From positions 1 to 27,363 of IMG/VR virus record IMGVR_UViG_3300022670_000470: DNA of 27,363 bases; one strand, written 5' to 3'. The notes beneath the pieces are model-generated. The model was given only the letters and a program-made list of their open reading frames with translations, made no database searches and was not told the DNA's origin. The position numbers and the translations under genes are program-made. Numbering within the stretch: position 1 is the first letter of the stretch; every line of letters starts with the position of its first letter. This DNA comes from a virus (taxonomy: Duplodnaviria > Caudoviricetes). Positions 1 to 8,798 of the stretch are shown here, one piece after another.

Positions 1-436
1 GTCCCCCGCCAGTCATAATAGAAGAGACCAGTTCTTGAAATTGCTGGCTCTGCTCTCCCCCTGGTCCCCGCCGTTGGAACGGATTAAGGAAACTCAACAT
101 TTGCATGGCAGGGTTCTGTTTCTTACCGCCTTTGGCTTTTTCGTCGATCATCCCAAAGAGTTCGCTCGCACCGGAGTAGAAACGCTCTCCCTCTTGTTCG
201 AGCCTCTGAGCTTCTGACTCATGCTGCTCCCTTGCCTGAAGGGTGAGAGATTCATCTAAAGACAGTTCCCGGGCGGTGTCGGACTGCTTCTTTCTGGCTT
301 CGGCAAAGTCAAACATTGTGGAAACAGTATCGAGCCGACGTCCTTTCTCGGCCTGATTCTCTGTTTCTATTGCCCCTCGCCGTTGAGCGAAGCCTTGGAT
401 AAACTCGCCAATGTTACCTAAAGCGGATAAGGCCAT
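1..436 (-). CDS. Putative internal virion/ejection protein, 3'-partial (runs off window)
   Basis: Not in the ORF track. ATG at 436 overlaps the upstream stop (TGATG); frame is open to the window edge: MALSALGNIGEFIQGFAQRRGAIETENQAEKGRRLDTV... (145 codons), helical and charged; position after a Gly/Ala-rich protein fits ejection cassettes. Confidence 0.7.
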   Translation of the reverse strand, partial: MALSALGNIGEFIQGFAQRRGAIETENQAEKGRRLDTVSTMFDFAEARKKQSDTARELSLDESLTLQAREQHESEAQRLEQEGERFYSGASELFGMIDEKAKGGKKQNPAMQMLSFLNPFQRRGPGGEQSQQFQELVSSIMTGGG

Positions 437-930
437 CACTTACCTCCAAACATCGACCCAAGCCCACCGAAAAGACCACCTCTCGCTTGCTGGCCGGCCA
501 TGCCCGCTAAAGCTGAACCGGCCTGAGTCCCTACGCCCATAGCCGAGATTCCCGCCTGAGTTCCACCAACTCCCAAAGTGGCAAGACGGGCCAGGCTTTC
601 CGAAAACAACTGAGGGCCAAGGCTGCCGACCGTGCCAGCCTCACCCCTGGCAAGATCCCCGCGAGCTTGTTCAAGAGTACCGCCACGCGGCAAACTCCTT
701 TCTATGGACTGCCTGGCCTGTCCGAACTGCTGCCGTATTCCCTGGATGGAAGGAGCCAAGGCTTGGGTCGTCTGCTCCGGATCCCCACTCACCAGGGCTC
801 TGTATTTCGCAATAGGGATAGTCCGTGCTGGTTCGGTCTGCTCCTCGAGCTTTTCCGACAGGGCCAAGGCCCTCTCAGTGGACTGAGTCAATGCTGACTG
901 AGCTGCCTTTCCTGCGCTTTTACCGCCCAT
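436..930 (-). CDS. Putative ejection/DNA pilot protein (Gly/Ala/Gln-rich; positional analogue of P22 gp7 / T7 gp14)
   Basis: 164 aa, MGGKS start, Gly/Ala-rich C-terminus (GGLFGGLGSMFGGK), purine-rich RBS GGGGAAG, directly after the GNAT-like gene. Confidence 0.65.
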   Translation of the reverse strand: MGGKSAGKAAQSALTQSTERALALSEKLEEQTEPARTIPIAKYRALVSGDPEQTTQALAPSIQGIRQQFGQARQSIERSLPRGGTLEQARGDLARGEAGTVGSLGPQLFSESLARLATLGVGGTQAGISAMGVGTQAGSALAGMAGQQARGGLFGGLGSMFGGK

Positions 931-1579
931 TGTCTTCCCCCTTTGCTAAATACTTGGCCTCGGCAATATTAAATTCTTCCTTGGTTTGAACCGCCACGAG
1001 TCCATCTGCGGTTTTTCCGTGGTAGGTGGTGAAGCCCGGGATCGTGGCTACATAATTGAATCCCAGGTTTCTGACATATCGTTGCGCCAGCTTGTTCGGC
1101 TTTGGTGTCATGCCAAAAACCAGATCAAACCCTTGGTCTGTAGGCATGTTCTGAGCATCGAACTCCTCACCTTTGAGCAATAGCTTCCAAGGAAATCGAA
1201 ACCACTGAGAGACACAGATCATTCCGAATCTTTGGGTGGTCGTTTGATTCCAGAACTTCCGAAAGAAGACGAAGGAGCCACAGCCTTTGAGCATGGAGTC
1301 AGTGTGGTTGATATCATTCAGCCAGCCGATTCCGTGATACTGATTGGTTTTCACATCGGTCAAAATGCTCAGGACCGTGTGAGGGTACATGCCCATGAAG
1401 TCGATAAACTCCTCTTTGCCTAGCTCCCGCTCGTGCATGACCTCACGATAGAGACCATCGTCATGCAGATCGTTGTAGATCCTCTCCAGCATGTCCTCTG
1501 GAAAGAGTTTCTTGTTGAAGGCATACGGATATGCTCCGTATCGGTTCTCCTCAGCGACTTCTTCTTCAACTGCTAGCAT
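920..1579 (-). CDS. GNAT-fold virion assembly-associated protein (positional analogue of P22 gp14 / T7 gp13)
   Basis: 219 aa with RimJ/RimL-like C-terminal motif (VFGMTPKPNKLAQRYVRNLGFNYVATIPGF); RBS AAGGA; precedes ejection-like genes. Confidence 0.7.
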   Translation of the reverse strand: MLAVEEEVAEENRYGAYPYAFNKKLFPEDMLERIYNDLHDDGLYREVMHERELGKEEFIDFMGMYPHTVLSILTDVKTNQYHGIGWLNDINHTDSMLKGCGSFVFFRKFWNQTTTQRFGMICVSQWFRFPWKLLLKGEEFDAQNMPTDQGFDLVFGMTPKPNKLAQRYVRNLGFNYVATIPGFTTYHGKTADGLVAVQTKEEFNIAEAKYLAKGEDNGR

Positions 1580-1615
1580 CTCGTCCTTTCAGTACAGGCG
1601 TATGTACTACCCCCC

Positions 1616-1726
1616 CTATCCCCCAGGGTTTGAAAAATTTATTTTTTTTTCTAAAGCGACCACAAGGGCCACCAGGCTTTTGAACACCTTTTTAATCGGC
1701 GCTCAGATCCATTTCAGAATATCCAT
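1616..1726 (-). pseudogene. Possible 36-codon amphipathic peptide gene with in-frame TGA at codon 8
   Basis: GAGG RBS then ATG: MDILKWI*APIKKVFKSLVALVVALEKKINFSNPGG-TAG; occupies most of a 154-nt gap between genes. Confidence 0.3.
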
Positions 1727-1733
1727 TGTTCCT

Positions 1734-2165
1734 CTACTTCCATTCTAGTCGGCCCTTCAAGTAAAACGCCCCCAAAGCCCACACTCTCCTCGCCAGATCG
1801 CGGAGTGATAGGCAGTTGCAGGGATTCTTTTCATTGGCTGGCGGCCAAGCCTTGTCACGATCGTATTTCGTGAACGTTTTGGTCTCGGGATCGTAGGCAA
1901 ACTCCGTCCACCCTGGTCCATCCAAGTCGAGGCCCTCTTGCGTCCTACCTGTCACCTCAACAATATTCGGGGGGATCTCAGGTCCGTAACCTGGAACCCT
2001 GCGGGACTCTAGTACGGACATAACAAAGAACCCAATAACAGTTCCGTCGATCTCGATAGGTATGTCCGGAACATACTGCGCAAACATTCTGTAGGTAGGC
2101 GAATACACCCTTGCCCTGGGGTTTTCTATTTCAATTCCAGTCTCAAAAGGATCCGAAGTGCTCAT
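1734..2165 (-). CDS. Hypothetical protein, possibly a tail fibre assembly chaperone
   Basis: 143 aa, ATGA overlap with the upstream gene, GGAG RBS; WTEFAYDPETKTFT resembles motifs of small fibre-associated chaperones. Confidence 0.6.
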   Translation of the reverse strand: MSTSDPFETGIEIENPRARVYSPTYRMFAQYVPDIPIEIDGTVIGFFVMSVLESRRVPGYGPEIPPNIVEVTGRTQEGLDLDGPGWTEFAYDPETKTFTKYDRDKAWPPANEKNPCNCLSLRDLARRVWALGAFYLKGRLEWK

Positions 2166-2596
2166 AGATACTCCACGATTCTGGTATTAAAGACGTGCCC
2201 ACAGCCATCCGTGCCATCGGCTGCCCCCGGCAGCGGGGCAGGTGAGCCACTTCTTTCCACGACAGCAGTAGTCGGACCAGTCAATTCCAAGCGCCATTGG
2301 CTTATTTTTCCATCATTATCAACCCCCAGATCTCCTACCACGCCAATAGGTCCCGGAAGTGGTGGAACCGCGAGACCACTACAGGTGGTCCCAGGCGTAA
2401 CCCCGTCATGGGGAAGAACCCCCTGACATCTGACGAACCCGGTATTATGCGCAGAGTGTTGGAGGTAGGCTCTTGTGACATCCACGGCTGAGATGACCGG
2501 AGCAGGCAGTAAAAGGGTTGCTCGCGCCTCAGCCGCCGTAAGGGGCATAGGAAAGCTGAAAGAAATTCGCTGAGTGTCTATATTTAATGTCGTCAT
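2162..2596 (-). CDS. Small beta-rich tail-tip/virion protein (paralogue of 3515..3892 and of the N-terminus of 2598..3503)
   Basis: Start corrected to ATG 2596 (MTTLNIDTQRISF...), one nt after the upstream TAA; 144 aa; shares the 'QR..I ... AVDVTRAYL ... W.L....T.A.V.R ... IVEY' pattern. Confidence 0.7.
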   Translation of the reverse strand: MTTLNIDTQRISFSFPMPLTAAEARATLLLPAPVISAVDVTRAYLQHSAHNTGFVRCQGVLPHDGVTPGTTCSGLAVPPLPGPIGVVGDLGVDNDGKISQWRLELTGPTTAVVERSGSPAPLPGAADGTDGCGHVFNTRIVEYL

Positions 2597-2597
2597 T

Positions 2598-3503
2598 TTA
2601 TCCTGGTGGTGGAAACCAAAGCAGGGACGCATAAACGCCCATACATTGAGCACCGCAACCTTGCCCGGTCGGGACTCCTCCAGGGAAGGAACGAAAGTTA
2701 CTTCCATGTGCAAAGTTCCTGTATCTAAGTTCGGTAGCGAAACCACTTGCAGAGTTCGGAGGAGGAGTACCTGCGCTCGACCTTCGAATTTCAAGTGTGC
2801 CCTCCCACTGTTCCGGATGGAAGCGAGATGTTGGAGGGGTGCTGAAGGAAGCACCCACCTCTGTGAACTCAAGGCCCCGGAAAATGGGAATGGCGTTAGT
2901 GATCCCACTTTCAGGGCCGAGATCCAGGTCCAATCCAGTTGCAGGATCTACAACCCTAGCGGAAGCACTGGTGAACCCAAAGATCCCGCTGGTGTTGGGC
3001 ACTCTTTGATTATTGGTCATATCATAAGGACCCGGGGAGGTGGTGGTGCAAAAAGGAGGACTGGCGGCCGGGGCCACATCTGCGACTTTCACGTCTATAC
3101 TGTCACCGCCTGTGCCTGTATAAGAAACCACTGTAAAGCTAACATCTAGGCTCGGTCCGGCCGTGTCCCTGGTTGCTAGAACCTCATCACTGAAACCAGC
3201 AGCAATAGATGTAAAAGCCAGGTGAACGCGCCAGGAGGAGACAACAATGGTGGAGCTGTTCACGAACATTCCAGTAAAGAGAATCCAACTTCTGGTAACG
3301 TCGACGGGGGTTGCAATCACTAGGCTTCCAGTGAGCGAACCACCGCCTACGGAGATGCTACCTCGTTGGACCAAAACGTTCGCTCCGGAAACCGCGCCGA
3401 CAAAGGGATCCGGAAAGCTACGAATGCCAGCTGCGGTTCCAGACGTATTGAGTCCTTGGGAATTAATGTCTGGAAAAGTTTGAGCTATGCGTTCTGTTGG
3501 CAC
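2598..3503 (-). CDS. Tail-tip/virion structural protein with N-terminal beta domain and Pro/Gly/Cys-rich C-terminal region
   Basis: 301 aa; VQRGSISV...TPVDVTRSWILFTG...VLATRD...VSFTVVSY domain; purine-rich RBS. Confidence 0.7.
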   Translation of the reverse strand: MPTERIAQTFPDINSQGLNTSGTAAGIRSFPDPFVGAVSGANVLVQRGSISVGGGSLTGSLVIATPVDVTRSWILFTGMFVNSSTIVVSSWRVHLAFTSIAAGFSDEVLATRDTAGPSLDVSFTVVSYTGTGGDSIDVKVADVAPAASPPFCTTTSPGPYDMTNNQRVPNTSGIFGFTSASARVVDPATGLDLDLGPESGITNAIPIFRGLEFTEVGASFSTPPTSRFHPEQWEGTLEIRRSSAGTPPPNSASGFATELRYRNFAHGSNFRSFPGGVPTGQGCGAQCMGVYASLLWFPPPG

Positions 3504-3514
3504 TGTAAACCCTT

Positions 3515-3892
3515 CTATATAAACTCGATCACGGCAATCTTAAGGGTCAATGATCCCCCGCTGGTATTTCTGGAAACCCTTACGGAACTGAGACTCGCAA
3601 ACTCCCAGAAACTAGTGTGAATCAACCCATTCTCGTCACTAGCACCGGCTGGAACTCCATGCGGTGAACCCTGAATTTGTAGGTAGGATCTCGTCAGGTC
3701 AGCCACGGCGGTAATGGCAACCGTCACACTTGTACCCACCAAAACAGCGGTGATCTCCTGAATCGCAACATCTATGTTGAACGCAGCCCCAATAAGCCCA
3801 GGCACACTAGGGAACTTCTCCAGATCGCTTCCCGCAATCGGGATACCCGGAAGAGTCTCAGCTTCATCTGTCGGGTCGTGTCTGGGGCTCAT
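3515..3892 (-). CDS. Small beta-rich tail-tip/virion protein
   Basis: 125 aa, ATGA overlap; AITAVADLTRSYLQIQG...VRVSRNTSGGSLTLKIAVIEF matches the two downstream paralogues. Confidence 0.7.
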   Translation of the reverse strand: MSPRHDPTDEAETLPGIPIAGSDLEKFPSVPGLIGAAFNIDVAIQEITAVLVGTSVTVAITAVADLTRSYLQIQGSPHGVPAGASDENGLIHTSFWEFASLSSVRVSRNTSGGSLTLKIAVIEFI

Positions 3893-4260
3893 GATTGTGG
3901 GTTCTCAAATTCGGCACAACTGACGGTTATCGAAATGTCACCAAAACCGCCCGATTGCTTGTTTGCTTCAATGACCCATTCTGATCCCGGCCTGATATGC
4001 AATCTCCAGATCTCGGTGTTCCCCGCTCGCAACTGTCCGGTTCCTCCTGTGGCTGATCCCCGCCAGAAGTGTTTATTGGCCGTGGCTTCAGGCTCGGGCC
4101 TGACCTTCAAATCGTATCCAGTGTCTATATTGGAGAAATTGCAGACGATGATCGTGATCTGGAGCGCAGTTCTCCCGGCGGTGATCGCGGTGATCTCGGT
4201 GAGGACCGTCGTCAATTCCGCTTGTGCTGGTTCTGGATAAAAAACGTCGCCTACAGCCAT
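3889..4260 (-). CDS. Small virion-associated beta-sandwich protein (paralogue of 4260..4679)
   Basis: 123 aa, TAATG overlap; shares IIVC.F.N....YDLKVRP...ATANKHFWRG...AG.TE.W with the adjacent gene. Confidence 0.72.
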   Translation of the reverse strand: MAVGDVFYPEPAQAELTTVLTEITAITAGRTALQITIIVCNFSNIDTGYDLKVRPEPEATANKHFWRGSATGGTGQLRAGNTEIWRLHIRPGSEWVIEANKQSGGFGDISITVSCAEFENPQS

Positions 4261-4679
4261 TAAGGGGGACAGACCTCCGGTGCACCCGAGTTAAAAACCT
4301 GTGACACACTGATCGTGGCCGCTAGAGAAGCAACTGCATCGGCTTCTCCCTCCACTACATACTCTTCTCTGGGTCTTAGCGAGAACTCCCAAAACTCAGT
4401 GCCTCCAGCCGGGACCTCCCGAACGAAACCCGCGGTCTTCGCGCCACGCCAGAAGTGTTTATTGGCCGTGGCATCTGCGCCTGGGCGTACCTTAAGGTCA
4501 TAGGCCACAGGAACATTAACGAAGCTGCACACGATGATGGCGATCTGCATCCCGGTCTCTCCGGTGTTGATCGTCGCAAGCGTCGTCAGCACGTCAGGGA
4601 TAACGACCTGAACGATGTTGAGGTACTCAATAAAGACAGGCCCGCCTGCTGCTGCCAGGCTCGGTGGACAAATTCCCAC
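4260..4679 (-). CDS. Small virion-associated beta-sandwich protein (paralogue of 3889..4260)
   Basis: 139 aa, GTG start overlapping the upstream TAG, AGGAG RBS; clear paralogy with its neighbour. Confidence 0.72.
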   Translation of the reverse strand: MGICPPSLAAAGGPVFIEYLNIVQVVIPDVLTTLATINTGETGMQIAIIVCSFVNVPVAYDLKVRPGADATANKHFWRGAKTAGFVREVPAGGTEFWEFSLRPREEYVVEGEADAVASLAATISVSQVFNSGAPEVCPP

Positions 4680-5146
4680 TAAAATACTCCTGATACAAAC
4701 GGGTGAATCTCATGGGGATTGGCCCACCGCCAGGCCCCGGTCGCAGCATTGTTGGTCACCAGGAATCGACTGTTCACGGCCTCTTCCACGGAGCCAGCGG
4801 AACCATCATTGGAGATGTTCATGGTGCGACGATCAAAGCCCCGGCCTACGTTGAACCGCGCATTGGCTCGGACGTTCAAGGGCGTATTGGGTTGGTCAGT
4901 CAGCTCCGGAGGCTTTGCCAGGAAGTTAGTCTCAACAAAGTTCTTCGTGGCTAGATCCTGGGGCTGAGTGGGGTCAGCGGCATTGATAGCCTTGTTCCCA
5001 TTCAGGTTGATAACGTCGGCGTGGAGGGTTGACCCTCGATTCCCTCCGAGAGCGTCCAGGCGGTCCTGCACGTCGCGCAAAACAAAGTTGAGGTATTCCC
5101 AATCACCCTCATTGACTTGAAAGTGACCAGCGGTTTCGTTAGGCAT
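4679..5146 (-). CDS. Tail spike/fibre-anchor-like protein
   Basis: 155 aa; short coiled coil then INLNGNKAINAADPTQPQDLATKNFVE, a neck-type motif of trimeric fibres and adhesins; AGGAG RBS; follows the nozzle gene. Confidence 0.65.
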   Translation of the reverse strand: MPNETAGHFQVNEGDWEYLNFVLRDVQDRLDALGGNRGSTLHADVINLNGNKAINAADPTQPQDLATKNFVETNFLAKPPELTDQPNTPLNVRANARFNVGRGFDRRTMNISNDGSAGSVEEAVNSRFLVTNNAATGAWRWANPHEIHPFVSGVF

Positions 5147-5154
5147 TTGTACTC

Positions 5155-6057
5155 CTAAGCAGCTACACCTGCCTCACGTCCTGAGACAAGTCTTGCTCGT
5201 TGGTAACCCCGTTCTCCTGCAAGTGGATGCCATTCCACATCTGATTGCTCGAACCAGATCTTGAAGGCACTCGGGGAAGTAAAGATAAAGCGGAACAGCT
5301 GACCCTTCAGGCCAGCGGGTAAACGGATAGGTCCTTCTCTTGCCCATCCTGTTGAGGGATTGGTGAGGATGGTTAGGGTATGATCAGCGGTTGCCGATTC
5401 ATCCACGAAGATCTCCAAAGTGATAATGTCGGCTCCCTGTGAAGAGATCCACATACGTCTAATGAACTTGAACCGGCTGTAACCGAAGTCCAGCTCGTAG
5501 GTATCCCAACGGGTAACATCGAGCGGATCCCGGAGAAATTCAAAATTGTTGTTGTAGTAGAGGAAGGGTCCACCCTCGAATGTCAGGCGAACCAGCTTTC
5601 CAATCGTATCGGCATCTAGGGAAATGATTTCAATCTGCCGGTCAGTGGTGGTGACAACGGGTGATTGAGTCACGACCCCATCGACTTCTATATTCACCGT
5701 CACGGCATTGCCTTGCGTGTCTATATCCAGCATAAGCTGTCGGAACCGTTTATCTCCGGGCCAGCTCTCTGAGGACCATTCTGTTTGGCTCGACCCTGGT
5801 GAGGTCCCTGTCACTGGTCTGGGTTCAACCAATGTCTCAAAGTCGTGCTTGTAATAGATGAACTCGGTAGCAGCAGCCGTAGCCAACTTGAGACGAATCA
5901 GCGTTCCCTTGGTGTCCTTCGGGAAAGACAGGTAAACCTTCTGCTGGCTGGTTGTGTTCACCGTGAATGGGGTCAGGTCCACTCCGTCGATCTCAGGTGT
6001 CACCGTCACGTCAGCACTGTTGGTGTCGATCTCCAGCATGAGCTTGACGAAGAACTT
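5155..6057 (-). CDS. C-terminal part of the tail nozzle/stabilisation protein (frameshifted from 6006..8798)
   Basis: Frame begins KFFVKLMLEIDTNSADVTV and continues the ~100-aa repeats of the upstream ORF; ATG 6039 lies mid-repeat and has no clear RBS. Confidence 0.75.
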   Translation of the reverse strand, partial: KFFVKLMLEIDTNSADVTVTPEIDGVDLTPFTVNTTSQQKVYLSFPKDTKGTLIRLKLATAAATEFIYYKHDFETLVEPRPVTGTSPGSSQTEWSSESWPGDKRFRQLMLDIDTQGNAVTVNIEVDGVVTQSPVVTTTDRQIEIISLDADTIGKLVRLTFEGGPFLYYNNNFEFLRDPLDVTRWDTYELDFGYSRFKFIRRMWISSQGADIITLEIFVDESATADHTLTILTNPSTGWAREGPIRLPAGLKGQLFRFIFTSPSAFKIWFEQSDVEWHPLAGERGYQRARLVSGREAGVAA

Positions 6058-8798
6058 TGCATCCTGGTGGTCGATTCCAGGGAGTTGTCGAGCCAGTCGA
6101 AGCTGTGGGCATAGACCTTCACCGGGACCGTTGCTGAAGTTGATTCCACCAAGACCCGGGCGATCTTGCAGTCTGTGTCAAAGGGCAGCGACAGGATCAG
6201 CCTTTCACGACCTGTGGTCGAGACAGCTGCGAATGTCTTTGAGGGAGAGCTAACCTGGGTTGAGCTTCCATCCAGGAATACATTGATATCGGCTGTGACC
6301 CCTTGGGTATCGAGTTCGATGATCAGCTCTCGCAGGAACTTCCGCTTGGGTGATCCGTAATCGTCCCAATCGGTAACAGTCTTGAGCTGCTCTCTTGGCT
6401 CAACCCAGAAGTTGTAGATCACCTTGAAGAAGCGCATCCGGACACCGCCGTTGTCGCCTGTCAGAGCGATTGAGCAGTTCCGTGCAAACGTCCCTATCCC
6501 GCCATTGACGGGGAAGCGGATCTGATCCCTGGCCGCTGTATTGAGGGTCCCCAGGATTACGCTGGTTGCCCCGTTGTTGAAGTGAGCGGTCACGGTAACG
6601 TCAGCCCCGGCCGTATCCGCGTCGACAACGATCTCGGTAAAGTTCTTCTCTTCCTGCTTGGCGCCGAAGTCATAGAACTTCATGCGGAGGTCGAAGACGA
6701 TATCCGCTCCATCATCCTGATTACCTGTCTCTCTTTCAAACACGAAGCCAGAGCTGTCACCGGACTGAAACTCGCCCAGGTCGTCGAGAAGCAGATAGGA
6801 AGTGGCAGGCCTGTCTGAAGGCTCCCACCTTTGCGTGACGAAGTCGTAAACGATCTCCCGGCGTACCGCTGAGGTGTCGGTGTAGGCGAAGTAGAGCTTA
6901 TTGTCGAAGAATCCAAGCCGTTCACTCTCGGCCTCTGAATCATCAATCGGGTCGAATCCTTCAACAGAGAACCCTTCAAAGAGCGTGTCGATCTTTTCGG
7001 TGAGTTTCTCAGCCCTTCCGCTGCCTGTGAACGCATAGATTCCATCGTAGGCTCGGAAGAAGATCACCCCCGCTCCCAGGATCAGGGCAAATTTTGAGAA
7101 CAGCCCTCGCTGCGCTCCCGTCTGAAGGGGTTGGAAAGTGGTTGGATCACTACCCACTATCCGGTAAATGGTCCGATCAGTGAAGCAATAGAGCTGATCG
7201 TTGTAGGCAAAGGGCCTTCTGACTCGATCACCGCCCTGTGAGGCCACGATGAAGCCACTGGAAACGAACTCCTCGACCTTGATGCGCCGGGAGAAGACGA
7301 GCCTATCCGGGTTCGCGCTATCGTCCAGCCAGGACCTATTTTGATGAATAGCGATAACGCCTGACGTAGAGGGAACGTCGATCTGATCCGTATCAATGGA
7401 CTCACCCAGACCCAGATCTCCCAGGCCATCATTGAAAGTTGTCGTTCCAACTCCATTGGCAATCGACTCAACAAAGAGATACTGCGTCGTCAGCGTCCCG
7501 CCTATACGGAAAAGGTCTACAAAGTCCACCTGGGGATCGGTTGAAAAAGTAATCAGAACGTCAGCGCGGTTCCTGGTCACTGTGGTTTGAGATGGAGCTG
7601 TAGGAGAAAGTGGGCTGATAATGCCCGTCACACTGTTTCGGTAGACGTATCGCCAGTCGTAGTCTCCCTTCAGCCTGAAGGACACACCACCGACCATCTT
7701 GCCATCGTCGATGTTGACGACCACATCACCGCACTCAGTCGCTTCTACAACGATCCTGAAGGCTTTAACGTCCGCGAAAGTGGTGTCTTCACTACCCACC
7801 CGTTGGAAGTCTCTTTTGGGGATAAAGACCTCGGTCCACTGATTCTCACCACCAACCGCCGAGAGGAAATTGAAAGACTCCAGGCTCTCGCCACTGGCAA
7901 TGTCTGCGTCCTCGGTCAAAAAGGACTCATCCAAGGCAAATTCCCGCAGCCCTCCGTCCCGGCCTTCCTTGGAGGTCGCATCGAAATCAAAGACGCGGGT
8001 GAAATCATTAGGTGCAACTGATTTGGTGAAGTAGTTTTGCGTGAAGTCATTCACGAGTGGATCCACATCAAAGAGCAGCCTGATTTCTCTCAGGTTCTTG
8101 GGAATGTCGATCTTGAGGAAGAAGTGAATGAAATCCTCGTCGTCACTGTCCCCTGGAGTCGAGAACTCATCCAGGTCGATCACGATGCTTTTGCTTGCCG
8201 TACCCCGAACCAGCTTGGCGACTTCGATCTTCATGGAGAACGAACCCTCACGAGGATCCGTTCCGTCATCGGACAGGACCGCGTCGACGGCTGCGTAGGA
8301 TGCAGCGGATTCAAAGTCGTCGATGGTTTTGAACTGCTGCGTTCCCTCTACGGCAGTCGCTACTGCCGCTCCTCCAGCGATTCCAAACCTATTTGTTGTG
8401 GTCCCATCGTCCTTGATCCGCTTGGTCGGCTCGAAAGCGATCATGTGAGGGAGCGGAGAGTTGTTGATCTTGTAATCCGTAAAGACGACCGGACCACCGG
8501 AATGACCCGTTGAGATAGAAACGAAGTCGCGGAAGATCTCCGTGCCGGCCGCTTGATAGTTGATCCCTGTCCCTGACACGATCTGACGGGCCAGGGCGTT
8601 CACCAAAGCTGGCGCAGCGGGAATCGCCGTGACGTTCTCCTTGACGCTCCCCGCACGAGTCTCGATGAAACCCGTGCGCCTGGAGGTCATGTTGTCCAGA
8701 CGGACGTAGTGACCCTCTTCGATCACATCTCCCGGCCGGGAGAGCGTGAGGCCCAGATTCTCCAGATCAATGGGAGCGTTGCGTTCTTCAGTCGGCAC
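6006..8798 (-). CDS. Tail nozzle/DNA stabilisation protein (P22 gp10 / T7 gp12-like), N-terminal part
   Basis: 930 aa; N-terminal 'RLDNM....GFIETRAG', beta-propeller-like core (HQNRSWL, RLVFSR, IFFRAYDGIYAFTG, IVYDFVTQRW), C-terminal 'YDFG...KNF' domain; junk-like tail (SSSSSSCWRSTPTVLT) after Q914. Confidence 0.8.
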   Translation of the reverse strand: MPTEERNAPIDLENLGLTLSRPGDVIEEGHYVRLDNMTSRRTGFIETRAGSVKENVTAIPAAPALVNALARQIVSGTGINYQAAGTEIFRDFVSISTGHSGGPVVFTDYKINNSPLPHMIAFEPTKRIKDDGTTTNRFGIAGGAAVATAVEGTQQFKTIDDFESAASYAAVDAVLSDDGTDPREGSFSMKIEVAKLVRGTASKSIVIDLDEFSTPGDSDDEDFIHFFLKIDIPKNLREIRLLFDVDPLVNDFTQNYFTKSVAPNDFTRVFDFDATSKEGRDGGLREFALDESFLTEDADIASGESLESFNFLSAVGGENQWTEVFIPKRDFQRVGSEDTTFADVKAFRIVVEATECGDVVVNIDDGKMVGGVSFRLKGDYDWRYVYRNSVTGIISPLSPTAPSQTTVTRNRADVLITFSTDPQVDFVDLFRIGGTLTTQYLFVESIANGVGTTTFNDGLGDLGLGESIDTDQIDVPSTSGVIAIHQNRSWLDDSANPDRLVFSRRIKVEEFVSSGFIVASQGGDRVRRPFAYNDQLYCFTDRTIYRIVGSDPTTFQPLQTGAQRGLFSKFALILGAGVIFFRAYDGIYAFTGSGRAEKLTEKIDTLFEGFSVEGFDPIDDSEAESERLGFFDNKLYFAYTDTSAVRREIVYDFVTQRWEPSDRPATSYLLLDDLGEFQSGDSSGFVFERETGNQDDGADIVFDLRMKFYDFGAKQEEKNFTEIVVDADTAGADVTVTAHFNNGATSVILGTLNTAARDQIRFPVNGGIGTFARNCSIALTGDNGGVRMRFFKVIYNFWVEPREQLKTVTDWDDYGSPKRKFLRELIIELDTQGVTADINVFLDGSSTQVSSPSKTFAAVSTTGRERLILSLPFDTDCKIARVLVESTSATVPVKVYAHSFDWLDNSLESTTRMQSSSSSSCWRSTPTVLT

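Noticed and set aside
1703-1705. Genome-wide TGA recoding
   Set aside because: TGA is used as a true stop in several TGATG/ATGA overlaps (436, 2162, 9549, 21575) and long genes have no internal TGA.
2597-2908. Apparent 311-nt overlap or frameshift between 2598..3503 and 2162..2908
   Set aside because: A better ATG at 2596 directly follows the upstream TAA, and paralogy begins there.
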